In this document: positions 24,197 to 39,371 of the stretch, in pieces
How the letters are laid out: the number at the start of each line of letters is the position of its first letter
How positions within the stretch are numbered: position 1 is the first letter of the stretch
NCBI GenBank assembly: GCA_000934665.2
Contig: KZ538018.1
Location: forward strand, 62,001 to 126,000
Origin: Catajapyx aquilonaris
Lineage: Eukaryota
Direction: 5' to 3'
DNA length: 64,000 nucleotides
Made by a program: the position numbers and the translations under genes
The notes under the pieces: model-generated
Told to the model about the DNA's origin: nothing
Databases searched by the model: none
What the model saw: only the letters and a program-made list of their open reading frames with translations

Positions 24197-27100
24197 CCTT
24201 TTACCACAAGGCGATTCCACTTTTGGAAATGGGTAGGATCCAAAAATGGACACGGTTGAACAAGTAATATGTTGGTCTCACGTATAGTAATTGAAAGGTG
24301 TAATTGCTCGATTACGTCCTTTTTTGTACAAGTGGTCTATAGGGTGGAGTTTTAATCCTTATAATAACACTTTAAACTATAACAAGCCATTTCCATATGA
24401 AACTGATAAATGCGAATAAGAATCTACTTAACAAATATTTATTTTTTAAATTAGAAATATAATTAATGAATAGGGAGAGTTTCTTTGTCTACAGTTGTAT
24501 TCAATTCGGTGGCCATCAACATGCCAAGATGTGTTATTAGTGCGACCGCATCCGGATATCCGGGGGATTTCACATCCGTGTGAACTGCGCAAATTATTAA
24601 GTGCAGCAACTTCGAGTTTAAAAGGTATAGCCCCCCCGAAGGAGTGACCGTGACTTTTCCAGGCAAGAAAACCCACGCGCAGAAGCAAGGCCGAGCAGAG
24701 GCAGATTCGCGGAACAACAATTGAAACTGGGATCGTAAAGAATTAGTCTCAACAAAGGTTTTCAACGGCCGGAACAACCATTATAAATCAGAAGCCGACA
24801 CGTGCCGCCCACGAAGAACTGGCTTCATTTTCTAAAAGAGCTCGAACCATTTCTGGACAGTGAGATCGGTAATAAAAGAGTGCTCCAAGTGTAAGTATCC
24901 TGGTCTTAAATACAGCTAGAGCCATTTGTCATTTCGTCGGCTACGGTTCGATGCTAAAGATGGGCAAAAAAATCGGCAATGTTTTTGGCTCAACGAAGGA
25001 CGGAGGCTGTCAAGAAGCGAGGAGATTTTTTTTTAGCTATTACATAACACAAGTAGTCATAAATATAAGTACGTCACGCTGATTTTAAGATTATTTAACG
25101 CCCTTACCTGCTACACTCACATGTCATGTTTAGTCATGCTTCTATACACATAAATATTAGTTATTGAGCTGTGCAGATTTTATGGACATTCAGTTTTGGT
25201 GCATGAATTTTGACTTGCAATAAATTTTAATGTAATGTTATTACACCTGTGCTCGTTTGCTTTGGGTTTGTCGTAAACACTTCTGCAGTATACATAAAGC
25301 GTAATTAGCAGATCCTATACGTCTGGACGCTTTACAACTTAGCTACAGTCCAAGGCCACCGAAATGAAATTACACTATACGTACGGTATAAAGAGCATTC
25401 TGTGTGTTTATGGCATCACATTGCTCAAAGCATTCGTGTGTTATTCAGGACTGGTTAAATTTTTAGTTCGCTTGCAAACACGCCTGATGTTCAAAGGGGT
25501 TTGTAAATATTAAAATACCGATTTAATGTATTGGTTATTCAAACTATTTGTCCACTATAATGAAGCATCAGATGGCGACACACGATTTTTAAAAAATGTA
25601 TGCCAATGAAGTGCTGGGCGATTACCTCATTCCATCAATACCTGGCTGTGCAATGGTATCTGAAATGTACTATCTTGGGGAATTTGGATGAGAGGGTGGG
25701 TAAAGGCAGGGCAATTAGTGCGTGCAGGCCGACATGCGTGGGTGTGAGACGGCTGTGACATTGAGGCCGGCCCCCGGACTACTCGTGCGCTCAAAGTCTG
25801 TAATTATCCCCGCCATCAGCGAATTAATCGCTCCGGAGGCGGTTTACCATATTCGTACTCTGAGTACATACGGCTGATATGATGGCAAATTGAAGGGGCG
25901 GTTGCGAGCCAAAGCCACTAGTTCTATACACATATAACATGGGGGCAGTATAACCCTTTAGGTTTCGTGTGTTGCCAGGTGGTTCACCCACATGAAAGTA
26001 TGGTTCAAAAAGAAAACGCGACATGAGGCGATTCAATTATGATGTGGCAGGTAGAAGTGGCGCACCCAGAAAATAGTTTGGGTCCAGATACAGGGTGTGG
26101 TCTTTAATATTTTATATCACTACAACTTAGCACGGGATGGTTTTGGTACTTTTCGAACATACAGCGCCATTTCAGCAACGCCATCTATGATGCATATCCG
26201 GAAGCTCTAGCCTCCGATTAGGGCCTGCCTGCTACCGCCATCCGTGGGGTATACCGGAACTACCAGACCAAACAAAACAACCCCTCACACACGCCAAACT
26301 CCTAAGTGTTGGGTATTTAGATTTTAAAAAGTGCGATTTTCGTACTTTTTCTTCAATCAGCGGCAGGCAAGACATAAGTGTGCCACGTTTATGCACTCTC
26401 AGTAGTCGGAAAGTGTGTTAGGTAGCCTGGACATAGAAACAAACTTTCTGCCTTTTATATGTATGTAAGATTGCGCTAACATTGTAGAACAGAGCCACCA
26501 GTGCTTATTTAGCGTTGAATCGGCAATGAGCAAAGTGATTTCGTTACAAACTGTTCGCGTTTCCAGTTCCCATCAATCGTATTTCACGCCTATTATCCCA
26601 AAGTCCTTTTATTCCCACGTAATGTCAATTGAGCCTCATTACTCTCCACAACTTGACAGGGGTAGGAAAATGAAACCCGCCCAATGAAGTTGTTTGTGTT
26701 CCACAGTCGAAAACTGATATTAAGTTGTTTTGTACTTGACGTTAAATATATGGGAGTGGACTTGAAGCCTTTTTTTTTTGGAACCGTTCCCAGTTATGAC
26801 CGCAAAGTTTACTGTCCGCACAAGCCGCACCCTCCGCAATATTTTATATGTATGTAACCTCGGCTCAAGCTTTTGCCCCAAGTGCTTCTCTCGAATGAAA
26901 ACTTTTGTCGCTACACAACTTTGACGCTTTTGAAGCTGAAGATCCTTAAAAGTAGGATTCTCGCCACCATAAAAACCCGGAAGTGGAGCAACTCGGCTTT
27001 AAAAAGTTCTGGTGTATAGGAGAAATTATGCATGCCATGTGGGTTGCCATGATTAGGATACTTCGCCTTGGAATAAGAGTGCTGCCAGTTACAGTAAGGT

Positions 27101-30100
27101 CAATTTTGTGGTGCATTTTCCCTATTGCGTAAAGTTATCGAATTTATTGTGCCAATAATACGAGGGTCTCCCCCGAATTATACCACCGCATCAAAGGAGG
27201 CCGCGTGTCAAGTGGCCTCTTTTTACAGCCAAGGGGATATGACCTCTTCATTTTATGGCCTTCCTACAACGACACTCGTGGAGTCGAGTTGGCTGGCGTT
27301 GCGTAAGCCACCAACCAACCAAACACTGCTTATGCTTACCACTTGCTAAAGGCACCTTCACGCTTACCATGTTATGCAAATGACCTCCTGCATGCATGAG
27401 GCGAATCCAAACAGGCCTTTCATTCTCGGAATCGGCCTATTGAACAGGCACTTGGTTTCTGACAAATACACTCGTGCCTGCAAATGAAAGTGCGATCCAG
27501 CAGCAGCAACAAAGAAGTAGCCTTGGGAAAGATCCGATCTTTGTTGCTGATGCTGGGAAGATGAAGACCAAGAAGAAGGGAGGGATGAAGATATCCTGGT
27601 TCCCATCAACTGGGTGCGATTTGTTTGATCAAGGGCCAGGAGGACATTGAAACACAATTAGGTGACTCGAGGGTACTGGATGAAGAGGGGGGCTTGATCT
27701 CAGTTTCTTCTGAATGGGGAGGAGGCAATCCACACGGGAGGATGAGGTGGTTTTTGGAGGTCTCCAGGGGATACGGGTATACCCTTGGAAGGAAGCATGA
27801 GTCACGGAGAAAATAAATGGGACTATTTCCTACCAATTGATACTTGCTCCCCTTGTATCCATCTATTCGAGGTATTTGCAGTGTCTGGGAGAGTAGATTG
27901 CAAGAAAATGGGAAATCGTATTATGTTCGAGATGAAATTAATCACCAAAACAGCAAAACAGCATGTGCATGTGCATAATGATGTAAGTAAACGACAATTT
28001 CAAGAAGAAAAGCAACAAACAATTTTTAACTGAACCTTGCGCAAGGAGTCAACGTATTACAGTAGTTTACAGAGCCAGTAGCATTTACGTAACTCTTCCG
28101 GGCAATTACCATACGAAAACACCTATTGTTCAATGTACTAATAGCATCACATTATATTAAAATTCGCAATGCTCCCCAGGGAATTTTCGTGAAATTGTTT
28201 CATATATTTTAATTACATAGCCTACAGATGGCGGATTAAATATATGGTGTATTCAATTGGCTCACAATACTATACCATTGTTCAGTACACAGATTTACAT
28301 CTGGACACGATTTTGGGAGGTACTGTACCTGGCAATTACAGACACTCAATCGCTTTTTCTCAGACGATTTTTTTTTTCGTGTTATTTATAGGCTGACAAT
28401 ATCGTAATGCTCCTCGTGCCAATTACGCTTTCCTTAGTGCGTAGGGAGGATTATCGACTGATTTGGTTGCCACGACAACCCAGTTTTTGTGATTCACGGT
28501 TAACGATGACACAGTATACACAGCGGGTTAATATGTAATCGCAAATTGTCTGTCCATTTGCCCCGGTGGATAACACAACAGTGATGGTCACTTTTGTTCA
28601 AAATTCAAAGCATAGGTACCCATTTCTGAAACAATAGCTCTCTGCTCATCAGTTGACGTCCACGATGGTATATAAAATGCAATAAACTCATCCTGGCCTG
28701 ATGCAACCCAACACGCTTTTTCTTCTTCTTCTCGGAATGGGCATTGCCTCCGAAAGTGGCATAACTTGCCTTCAATCCATCCTCAAGTGTAATCCGCTTA
28801 ATTGCATCGCCACCATGGAATGTTAAGTGATTATCCGGATAAGTCGATTAGCCGAATTGGATACACCAGACAAGTTCCATCGTTCAGATGCACCTAACGA
28901 GATCAAAAATTAATCCTAAGTAACACCTATTTGAAATGGTCGTACTAAGGGATGCGTATCCTCCAGGATATTTTGTTTACCACGCATTGTAATGAAACTG
29001 CATAAATCATACAACACATCAAGAAGTAACCCTGTAGTTCACATCTACTTACCGTACATCCCATTTTAATGCACCCCTCTTTTCTCTAAGGGTGTCGAAG
29101 CGCACCTTTGTCGAATCCGCTCCCAACCCATATTTTTTCCCCCTGCGGATAGTTTTCGGGAGTTGTAAAGTTTTATTAGTATCGATTGGGCAGGCTTTCA
29201 TCTTCCTTTTCGTGTGTAGGGAAAGTGTTAGGGGGGGGGGGAACATGGGGGGAAAGGAAAGTGAGGTTCGGAGGGGGGCACCACTGGCTGCGGATGATAT
29301 CTAGAAGAGCGGCTGAGTTATTGCAGCATATTGCTGTCGTTTAGATAGTGAGAGCTAGGTAATGCAGGCCCATTACAAGCTGCAAGGAGAGGCTCGGGGG
29401 ACATGTCTATTGGGGCATGGAAGGGGGGAGGACTATCGGTGGAATTGGGTTGTCTCACAATGACTCGTGCTGCCATAAAGTTGCGGGGGTGTCGCATTAG
29501 AGATGGGGCTGCATGGGGAACCCTTTTTTAAAGCAGAAAAATACGCAGATTGCACTGCTCACGTTGTATAATCGGAATGATCATCATGATAGTTCATGCT
29601 GTTCAGCGACGAACATTGCCCTCGAGTTTTATAGGCATGTAACATCTAATGTATGCACCTGAAGCAGGTGCTGCGTGGATTCAAAACATGGCTAATTTTA
29701 AATGACATTTGAAGTTTGTAAGTAATCCAAGCCAGTATTAATCATTTTTTTTTCTTCAAATCCCACGTTTTTGATCCCAGAAAAAAAATCTGAAAATTCA
29801 GACACCTTCCATCCCCCTTCCCCCTCTTGTTATTTATTCCGGGCGCATATGACGCTTGCTGGAAAATCCAGGCACAAAGTAAAGATGTCTTAGTAGAGGT
29901 TGCCATGACGACTCTGGCAGCTCGCTGTCACTTTCTTCCCCNCCCCCCCCCCCTCCTCCTTGTTTACACCTTTCCCCCGGAGTGGTGATTTAATTTGGGT
30001 CGCTCCCCGGAGTCTTCCGGAACAGAAGAGACTCCTCCTTCAAAGATGCATTGTAGCGCTGGAGGAAGTTGAAGAAGAAGAAAAAACTGCAAGAAAAAAC

Positions 30101-33100
30101 AACAACGACACCAAACCGTTAGAGTGAACCTGATGGCCATTCTTTTGTGGGCAGTCCCCAAAACAAGGAAGATGTCGTGTCGTGTTAGTGTCTCGTTTCA
30201 AGTGCTCTCTACTTCCCCCCAGCTCGCTTTTGGGTTCTTGAAGTGTTAACTGGCCCCTTTTTGCTATAGGGTTATACTACAGAGGGTGTCAGAACTACAT
30301 GAGGTCCAATCCATTTGATTCACCCTGTAGTGTTCCTAGCAAAGAAAATTAAGGCATAAAAGTTGAGTGCTGACCTACTCTAGCAAGTACTCATATTTGC
30401 ATAACTGACACTTATTTTTGGGTGTATCTAGGGCGGAACGACCTAACGACATGAACGGGAAAGATCAGCTTCCCATGCCCCATCCATATTAGTCTGTAGT
30501 TCAGCGAGCCATGCTGTAATGGATATCATTGATTGAATGACAGGCAATATCGTGCGTAGGACGCTCTCAGAGAGCAACATTTATATTCGACCCTTTCACA
30601 CACGATAGATGCTATAGAAGCATAGTCAACACGAATCATTGTAAAAAAAGTGTCACGTTCAGATCATTAATCAGTGTTCATATATATACCTAACTGGTCT
30701 AGATTCGCTAAACTGTGTGATCAGCAAAGAAGATATAAGAAGAAAATTCATTTCCATCAATGAATCGACGCAATTTCCGGGCTGACTTGAAGGGGTTGTT
30801 TGTCCGAGGGAGAGAGAGAGAGACTCCAATCAGACCCAGGGATCCCGAATTATCAACGGGGAACCTCCGGCCGTCGCTTTTCGACTTCCCAAATTGCTCA
30901 GCCTTGAAACGTAACTCCGGCGACCCTATCAGCTCTTAGCTTAATTCGCGTAATTGCTCCGCTCAGCTAATCAATGAGTGTGGAGGAATTCCTGGGCGAG
31001 AAAGTTAGGTGTCTGTGGGGGGGTGGCCTCACAAAAGCAGCGTCCAAAATCCATGTGATTTGCATGGGGGATGGTCTTTCTTGGAATTTCTATGTAAAAT
31101 GCAGCCACCATTTAATAACTGTTTAGCACCAGCTTGAAAATCACACTGAGGAAAATCTCTGTGGGGGGAAGAGTTTCAGTGTTTTCTTTTGTTTGTATTC
31201 GTTGAGGGTATATTTGATGTAGAAAATCGATTATGTGTGCACAGCTGGGGTTTTCCTCTAGTTGCTGAACATTCCCCCCTGGTTTTTTCTGGGGGTTTAA
31301 AAAAAAGAGAAGAAGTGCGGCAGAACCTCGATGGCAAAGAAGGTTGTAAGATCCGGATGAATAGCAAAAAAGACGGCGGATTTTCCTTTTCTCCAATCAC
31401 GGTCCTATTTTGCAGACGGCCAAACATGTGAAGATTGCTGCCTTGATACGTCAGCAATATCAAAAAGATACTGAAGAAATGGAGCTACTTACACGAGCCA
31501 AAAAAAAAATTCTGAGACATCTAACCCGTGATAAGAGATCCCCCTAGACGAAAACTAATTACAAATTACACCGCTCCGATGGTAATTGTCCTACCCCCCC
31601 CCCCCTTCCCCTTTTTTTAAAAACCCTCGTTCTTTCCCTGGGAACCGATGTCGGTGTGACGAGGAAGTGAATGAAGGTTGGGTATTCGAATCTCCTTTTA
31701 TTAAGGTGGCAAGGACGAGGGGAAAAAGGGGATATATAGCTTAGAGGCAGACACGTGCAAGCTGTTGGTACGCAGCTTTAGGCCCTCTCGGGGTTTTACC
31801 TTTTCATTTTCCAAATTACCTCGTCACTTTGTCAACATGCCTGGATACGTGGCGAATTCTTAATTAAAGGCAGTGGGACTAGAAGAAGAAAACCGCTCAT
31901 CACTTGCGATTCGTTTAGGGAATGCCTCACCCATTATGCGGCATTGCTATTATGATAATAGCCTGAATATTTCAAGAGTATTTTTACATATGTTTGGTTA
32001 TCCCCTCTAATTGGTCCTCCGCATATTGTTACCGCGACGCCCGATTGGCCCGATTTCTGCGCATGCGCAATGGGGTGAATCCATCGCCTCTGGTGGGTGC
32101 GAGAAGAAACTCGTAAGGTATATAAAGTCGTGAAAAATTTAATGTGTCTTAAATGCCTTTGGCTGTATTGTAAATGGGGATGAAATGTCTGTGCTTCTTG
32201 AGCGCCGCACTCTCCATCAAATAGAACGCTTCCTTTCATGCGTGATCTTCAGGCGAAGATAAATCGCGGCCTGGCCCTGGCCCCGTCCATTGAGAAATGT
32301 GGTCAGGTCTTTGAAATACTGGCCCTCTTGCACAATGACCTCTCCTTTCCATGAATAATGAGTTAATGGCCGTTCCATCCTAGCCAAGTGCAAGTGATTA
32401 ATTAGGATGATGCGTCACCATTAAAGATATGAGCACGCTCATATATTGTTGTGACATTATTTAAAATATATATATACTGTTGACGTCCCCACCCTCCATG
32501 TCACTGTATGTCACTCTGGTACTACAACCACTTGACTTGATGGCCCACCTCCATTATTTTGTCACCTGCAAAATGTGTCAGGATGAATATGAACCCTGTG
32601 CAGAGCATCCCTAGCAAGAACCTCCAAGAAGATGACACGCACCACCTCCTTCTCGGTTCTCCTTGAAGAGAAGAGGACTCTATGGGTCCATCGGGGGTCA
32701 TATTGCAGCGTTGGCTCCACGCCGTCTGCTTTTCGGGGGGAGGGTTTCTCCCCTGTCCGATCGATGTTGCTTGCCAGCTTCCCAAATCCCTTTAGTGCTC
32801 TGGGGGTGGGGATATACTGTAGTACTATAAGACTATAGCTCCTCTCTCTCGTCCCAGCCTGCTGCCTGTGTGGATATAGAGTCGTGGATGGTTGGGTGGG
32901 GGGGAAGGAAAGACTTAGGAAGTCCGCCCACAGCTCCATGGCAGCTCAGAAAATAGGGGGATGGAATGGCCAAGAGTCGGATGAATTAGACCGGGTTTTC
33001 GGGACATTGTGTTGTATTTGGGTGACACCCCCGAATTCTGCAGAGGAAAGGAAAGGCTAGTGTAGGGTTCACTTTTGCATCAGACATTTTGTGGAATATT

Positions 33101-36100
33101 TGGGCCTAAAGTGCCACATTAATATGGCAAAAGTGAGAATGATATCCTTAAATAACAGACAACGGAAAAGAAAGCGTACATACTATTTGTAGCATTGCAG
33201 TTTTAAAAATAGCGCAATTTTGAGCTGGATGCGCATTGCTGTGGAAATTCCTGACCAAAAACCTACTTTAAACGAAACCATATATTCTGAACTCCTGACG
33301 TCAACAAGGGTCGTGGAAGCCATAACTCAAGCTGTAGGCATCCGACGAGTCATCTCCAGTTACATATGTGAGGCCTCGTGTATATACTACTCGAAAAAAG
33401 AGTAAAGAGGCGACAAAAAAATAAATCTCAGTAATTCTCAACCCATATTTCATAGTACACTATTCCGGGTGATGGCAAGAATTTGTTTGGTAAAATAATT
33501 TTTCCAAACCTACTTTTTGGGGAGGGGGAGATTCATAACCCTAAGATTTTTATCAGCGATGTGAGTAATAATTACAGCAAAAGTGATTCATATTGAAGTG
33601 TTCCCCAAGTGATGAAGAGGATGGAATATGAGAAGGGGTGGGGGCAATATTAGGAAGAGTCTGGCAAAAGTTTCTCCAGACTGTTCCCTCAGTCACCAAG
33701 ACGACATGGAAGAGGGCCGCTCAAATAATGGTCCCTGGGGGAAGATGAACAGGAGGAGACAAAAGGAAAGGACAAGATGTCGCGGAAATGGGACCAAAAA
33801 AAACCTGTCGAAGAAGTGACACTCAAACTGAAGCAATATTTGAACACTTTTCCATCACTGTCTAGCAGGGACTGCATGCAAATTTTTTTTGCTCACGTTT
33901 ATAGTGATTAACTCCCCTATTGTTGGCCTCATAAGCCGAGCAATGGGTGTCCTCTGCATTTGTAGATGATTTTTGTGCCTCTGATGTCAGTGGCGTCGCG
34001 CATTCCAACCACTTCCGTACGTCCCCCCCATATCAGCACTGGATAATGGAGGGCAAACAAATTGAGATTTATGGAAATGCAACCGAATCCCGGTATTAAT
34101 TTCAGAGAGGAGGGTGTGGACCCCCCCTAGCAAAAAGGTTTTATGTACACGGCCGTGAAATCCTAGGCAAAGAGTGCTGGGGATATATTAAAAAAACTAG
34201 TTGGGGGGGAAAGGCCTGCGTGTGATCGCTCGGACGAGGTGGCGCTTGCCAAAGCCAAGATTTGTTTACTCGGGGAATATGAACCCATTATGAAGTGGCC
34301 ATTTGTTACAAGTAATTACGCCCCGGCGTCCTGTTTATTATTCTTGGACGGAGCTAGTCCCTCGGGGTATGGTGGCTCAGCCGGACAACGCTGTTGCTCC
34401 GACTAGACTTTACTAGTGTAGCCCTAGTTTGAACTGTAAATTCTAATCAGTAGGATGCGGACAGGGTGTACCCAAAAAAACACATATCGAAACACCCTGG
34501 AAGTACTTGGCTAAAAGCGTGTCTCCCTCCCCAAGAAAATAATTATATCTGTGAAGACGCACTTGGCCACATCAATCTGAGTTAGGTTGTAGAGTGCGTA
34601 AGAGTGGGGATTGATTATAGGAGGCCAAAAGACTAGGGGAAAGGGCGGCACACGAAAATTGCCTTCTCGCCTTCATCCTAATGACCCTGGCCATTTTCAC
34701 AGATGCTTCCCTCCAGCAACCTTCCCCTCCATGTTGTGTCGGGTCCAGCGAGCAGGTCAAAGCTCTGAACCTGGGGAGGTCATACCCATTTTTAGGATCC
34801 GCATTTTATGTTGGCCTAAGTGCATAAAAGACCAAAAAATTACGACCAAAAACTAGCAGGCTCTCCACTATTATGAAAGCATTAAAATTTATGATGTTTA
34901 TGCATATATCAGCAGTCCATTCATTACTTCGCGTACATTCAAGTTAACGCGTGACAGTGCGTCAAGTATTCCATAGGACATTAGCCTAAGTAGGGTTTTT
35001 AACCGCCACAAATCACGACTACTACTCTGGCTTCGTGACTGCTGACACTTGCCCCCAGAGCATACGTGTCACTGGGCCATGTTTTTAACTTTCATTTGTC
35101 CTCTCGACCCATACACAGGTCATACACAACATTATTAAAAGACATATTGCGGGCTGGTGCTGTACAGTACAAACATCAGCACTCTAGCAAGGAAAATGAA
35201 GACTGTCACCTTTCTACTGATTGTTGCAGTTGTCATAATCATTTATTTTTGAGGTCATAACTTGTGCCGACATTTAAAATTTTATATGGTCTCATGATTT
35301 TATTACGTGCGTTCGTCATCCACGCGTCATTTGTCGTGCCTAGGGAAAAGTCAAAACCCCATGTCGCAGCTGATGCTTGAGGATCGTAACTACCGCATCG
35401 GGTATAGACCATGGAGAGTCGTCGAGTCGGAACATGGCAGCCCCCCCATCTTCATGCATCTGCGTCAGGTTGTGTGTGACCCTGCCTCAAAGTACTCAGC
35501 TGCTGACAGTTCTAAGTCAGATAAACATGGAGCCAACTTGGCTGCTATAGGGCGTGATCCAGGGAGACGATGGAAGTGTCGTAGGCCGTGTCCGCTTGTT
35601 GCTCGTCTGCCGGAATTGTTACGGAACACCCTGTAGATGGAAAATACTGGAAGTGCAGCACATGCACTTTATGAGCAATAAACTTATAGAGAGAGAAAAC
35701 TGCAATCCTATATGAAAATGTTATTTTATGTACCGTACTTCATGGAGCTGACAGCTTGGATGACTCGGCCTGTTGCTATTTAGTTCAGTAGTGTCATCTG
35801 CGCTGGTTTATTTATGGCTTCAGAAAAAGAAAAAACAGTTTGGAGGCAACGCTCCGAAAGTTAGGCGTCGGCTCGTTTCCTATTCAAAGCCATTGCCTCA
35901 GAGTCAACAATAGAACCGCATTTACATAACTTTATGACAATCAGGAGTCTGGGCGTGATGAATGGATCCCATTGGCCAAATGGCCTCTGTCGTCCCTTTT
36001 CTGTCACAGAACCGGATTAAAATGCATGGGCATATCGGAATGGGGTCCATGGGGGGTCGGATAAGAAAACAAGGTTGTGAGGTCTACATGTCGTACACTC

Positions 36101-36709
36101 GTTTTTTTTTCTTCTTCTCTCCCGAACCCTCTTCTGGATGCCAAGTCGTCCGTCGTATAGGTTGACATCCGCACGTGTCTTGCCAAAGAGTGTCGCCTTT
36201 TTGGCCCCATCCCTTCCTGCGCGCTGTCTCGATTCATTTGTCATGTCTTAAGTTTTTTTTTTTTCTTGCGGTTCCTCCGACATGAGAGGACAAGTAGTTG
36301 AAAACGACATGGCACGCAATGCACACCTTGCACGTGCGTACAGTACGTCAATGGCCGTCCGAAAAAAAGAGAGAGACGCTCTCTCTCATCTGCCACACTT
36401 CCTGATCTCTGTTGCCAATTAATGGGAGGGCTTCTGTTTGTGTTGGAAAAGAGAGTGTACCCAAAATAGTCCGGGTTGGGCAAACACTGCCGGGGTGGCG
36501 GATACAGCCAGGGCTTCAAGAGATTGTTTGATAAAACCGGGTTCAAACTGGCGTCGTTGTCTTTGGGTCGTTGGGACCAAAATAAGATATTTATATCAAT
36601 ATTTTCATATATGCACCTACTGTATCAGCACGTACGTCCTGCTATTGAGACTTTAGGAAGAAAAAAAAACGATGATTGATATCAATATTTTAGATGTACA
36701 GTACTTTAA

Positions 36710-36851
36710 ATCAAAGAACGATATGACGTCACACCAGCCCTGTTTTTCTGAGCATGCGCAGTAGTATGCTTGCAGAGCGATTCGGGGACATGATTGAAGG
36801 GAAGAGCCGGGTGGAGGCGGGGCTGAACGTGACGTCATATTGTTCTTTGGT
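36710..36851. mobile_element. TTAA-flanked MITE (Kolobok- or piggyBac-type target site)
   Basis: Left end TTAA|ATCAAAGAACGATATGACGTCAC versus reverse complement of right end TTAA|ACCAAAGAACAATATGACGTCAC (2 mismatches in 23 nt). TTAA at 36706-36709 and 36852-36855. Confidence 0.75.
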
Positions 36852-36874
36852 TTAACGGATTATATAGACTACAC

Positions 36875-37150
36875 CAAATATCCATATTTTCATTATATGT
36901 AACAAAATAAATATCAGTATATTCATTGTATGTAACAAATATCATTATTTTTCATACATAATAAATATCGATATTTTCATACATATACTAAATATTGATA
37001 TTTTCAGACAATAAATATTGATATTTTCAGACATAATAAATATCGATATTTTTAGAAATCATATATCGATATTTTTATGCTTGTAACAAATATCGATGTT
37101 TTCGGATATGCAGCGAATATCGATATTTTCAGATCTATGTCGACATTTTC
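36875..37150. repeat. Degenerate ~25-bp tandem repeat with core AAATATCGATATTTTC
   Basis: About ten diverged units. Similar units also lie left of the MITE (36587-36692). Confidence 0.7.
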
Positions 37151-39308
37151 AGTTATACACCAATCAGCGCGTCATGTCTTTGTCGTTGGTGTTTTCTAAC
37201 CGCAACGACGCACGTATGAACCCAGGCGAATCCTGTTTGTCTGGACTGTCCTCCCAATTTGTCTCTCGCTTGGTGGGGGTCGCGTGTACGACATCCATGG
37301 AGGTTATATGTGCGAATCAAATGGAGGGATTCAACCCTCCGGTTCGTCTTATTGGCCCCGTTTCCTCTCTCTGAGTCCCCCTCTTCTCAGGTCCCCCATC
37401 GTCCTCTTTTCGGTGCCGGAGAGAAGATTCCCTGTACAAAATCCGATAATGATATTTTTCCTGTAGTTGCCGTCCAAGGTTTCCGCCAGCAAGGGGAAGA
37501 ATGACTCATCAATTTGATTCTTCAGATCGGATAGGACAGGTTCTAGGTTCCTTAATGCCAAGCCATCCGGATCAAACGACGCTCTTTTGGAACAATCCAA
37601 GATCAATTGGAAGTGAATAATTAACAATTTGTGCTTAATATCAGTCTGGCAGTAAATTATTGCTGGAATATTTTTGTATGTTCACTTAATTTTCTTACAC
37701 TATTTCCATTCTAACCAAGAGTAATTAGCACTCCATTACCCGGATTGACATGCTGGTTGCGATCATTCCCCCTGGATACGCGGATTGACTTCTAAGCGCA
37801 TTTACAAGGCCTCTTATTGCTTCTCCAGCATTAAATTTTAGGTCGCATTATTCGAGGGGAGAGAGATCCGGTCCCGGTTGTCATTATACCATTTTCTCTC
37901 CCGCTATAATACAATCGGTGGATAAAAACAAAACATTATTACCATACCCAGGGATTTGAAGCTGTGATCCTGTTTCATAGGAGCTAAACATCTGTTTCTG
38001 GGAAAGAAGGAGGCTTAGTCAGGCGTTGTCCATAAGCGGATTTGAGGTGATGGGGGAGAGACTTTGCTGCACAAACCCCTGTAATGGGATAAGTGCACGT
38101 AAAAAAAAATCAGAGGTCTTTTTGCCTCGACATGTTGTCGGTCAACCATTACTTGGCTCTAGGAAAAACGTGCTGATATTTCAAATTCCATACGGAAACC
38201 TGCAATTAAACCCTTCAGAGGAAATAATGGCGTCGAAATGGGGGATCTTTTCTCTGGTTCGCTCAAAATGATGATGGGGGATGGGAATGAGGGGGGTCCT
38301 TTTCAAAACCCACCCTCGTCATTTGCATTCGCAATATTCGTTTTTTGGTATGGGGTGATGTGAGGAGGTTTGTCTCTCTAATTCGGGGAGGGAAGTGGGG
38401 CTGGTTCCTTTTCACGGATTATTATGACGAATTCAGGTCGGGTGTGAAAAAGGGCTCTTACAAATGGCACTCAACTCCTGTAAATTCCGGCAATGAACGT
38501 TATTGTGGCTTTGCCACCAGCAAATATAACTGTTCGGCATTTAAAAATTCAGAAGTGCATATCGGGTTGAACGGACAGGTTTCATCATGTAGCAAAGGGC
38601 ACTTTGTACTTTTGTAACTCCAACTGCTAATGACATTCCGCATCATCGCCTGTAATATCTCCGGGGCTTGGGACTCACCGGCGTCCCAAAAAATAGGGGG
38701 TGTACGGGACACTGCGACAGACAGTTTCTCCGAACCGCGCGCGGATCATCAATCACTACCGGTCGACACAAAAAGGCATTTCCCCCACATTTTTTGGCCA
38801 ACTTTGTTCCTAACGACATGTGCAAATTTGCACAGGCAGACCCCCTTCCTTCATATTGGTAGACTTTTTTGTGTGTGATGTGTGCGGAACATCGGCGGAG
38901 AAATGTCTATTTAATCAAACGCCCAGCGAGTGTGTGCCTCTGGAGAAGTCCTGGGGTATATATGGTGATTTCAGGGGCGGCACGTGGAGAAACCTTCCAG
39001 TTCTAAATTCAACTCGGAAGGAAACATTTTCTGCTGACAAAGGGATTTTGACCACTTCCTCTCAAACAGTCAGCCGAATTTCAATAGTTCATGTGTCCAG
39101 CCACGGGTGGGAAATCTATGATCCGAACAGATATTATCAAAAAAAAAAACCAGAAGGGGAGGGGATTTACTTCCCGTGCTGCTTGGTGAGATAAGGTGAA
39201 GTCTTTTAACCGCGGTAGTTTTTTTTGTACCATACCTTATACCCCTTGGTGGCAACGACTATTTTTAAAAGGCACGAGTTCGGGTGTGGATCTGATAAGG
39301 TCCTTGTC

Positions 39309-39371
39309 ATGGACAGGTCAGGAAGCTGCAGGGAGTCGCCGAATTTGCTTACGGAGGTGATATCAGAAGAG
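39309..39371 (+). CDS. Candidate alternative first coding exon: MDRSGSCRESPNLLTEVISEE
   Basis: Start context gtcATGg, 21 open codons, GAG|gtaaag donor in phase 0. Confidence 0.3.

Noticed and set aside
34364..34436. tRNA/SINE-like A box TGGCTCAGCCGG with a possible degenerate B box
   Set aside because: No cloverleaf and a poor B box. At most a decayed SINE head.
36875..37150. Regularly spaced repeats that superficially resemble a CRISPR array
   Set aside because: The units are degenerate and AT-rich with no unique spacers. The context is a eukaryotic intron with no cas genes.
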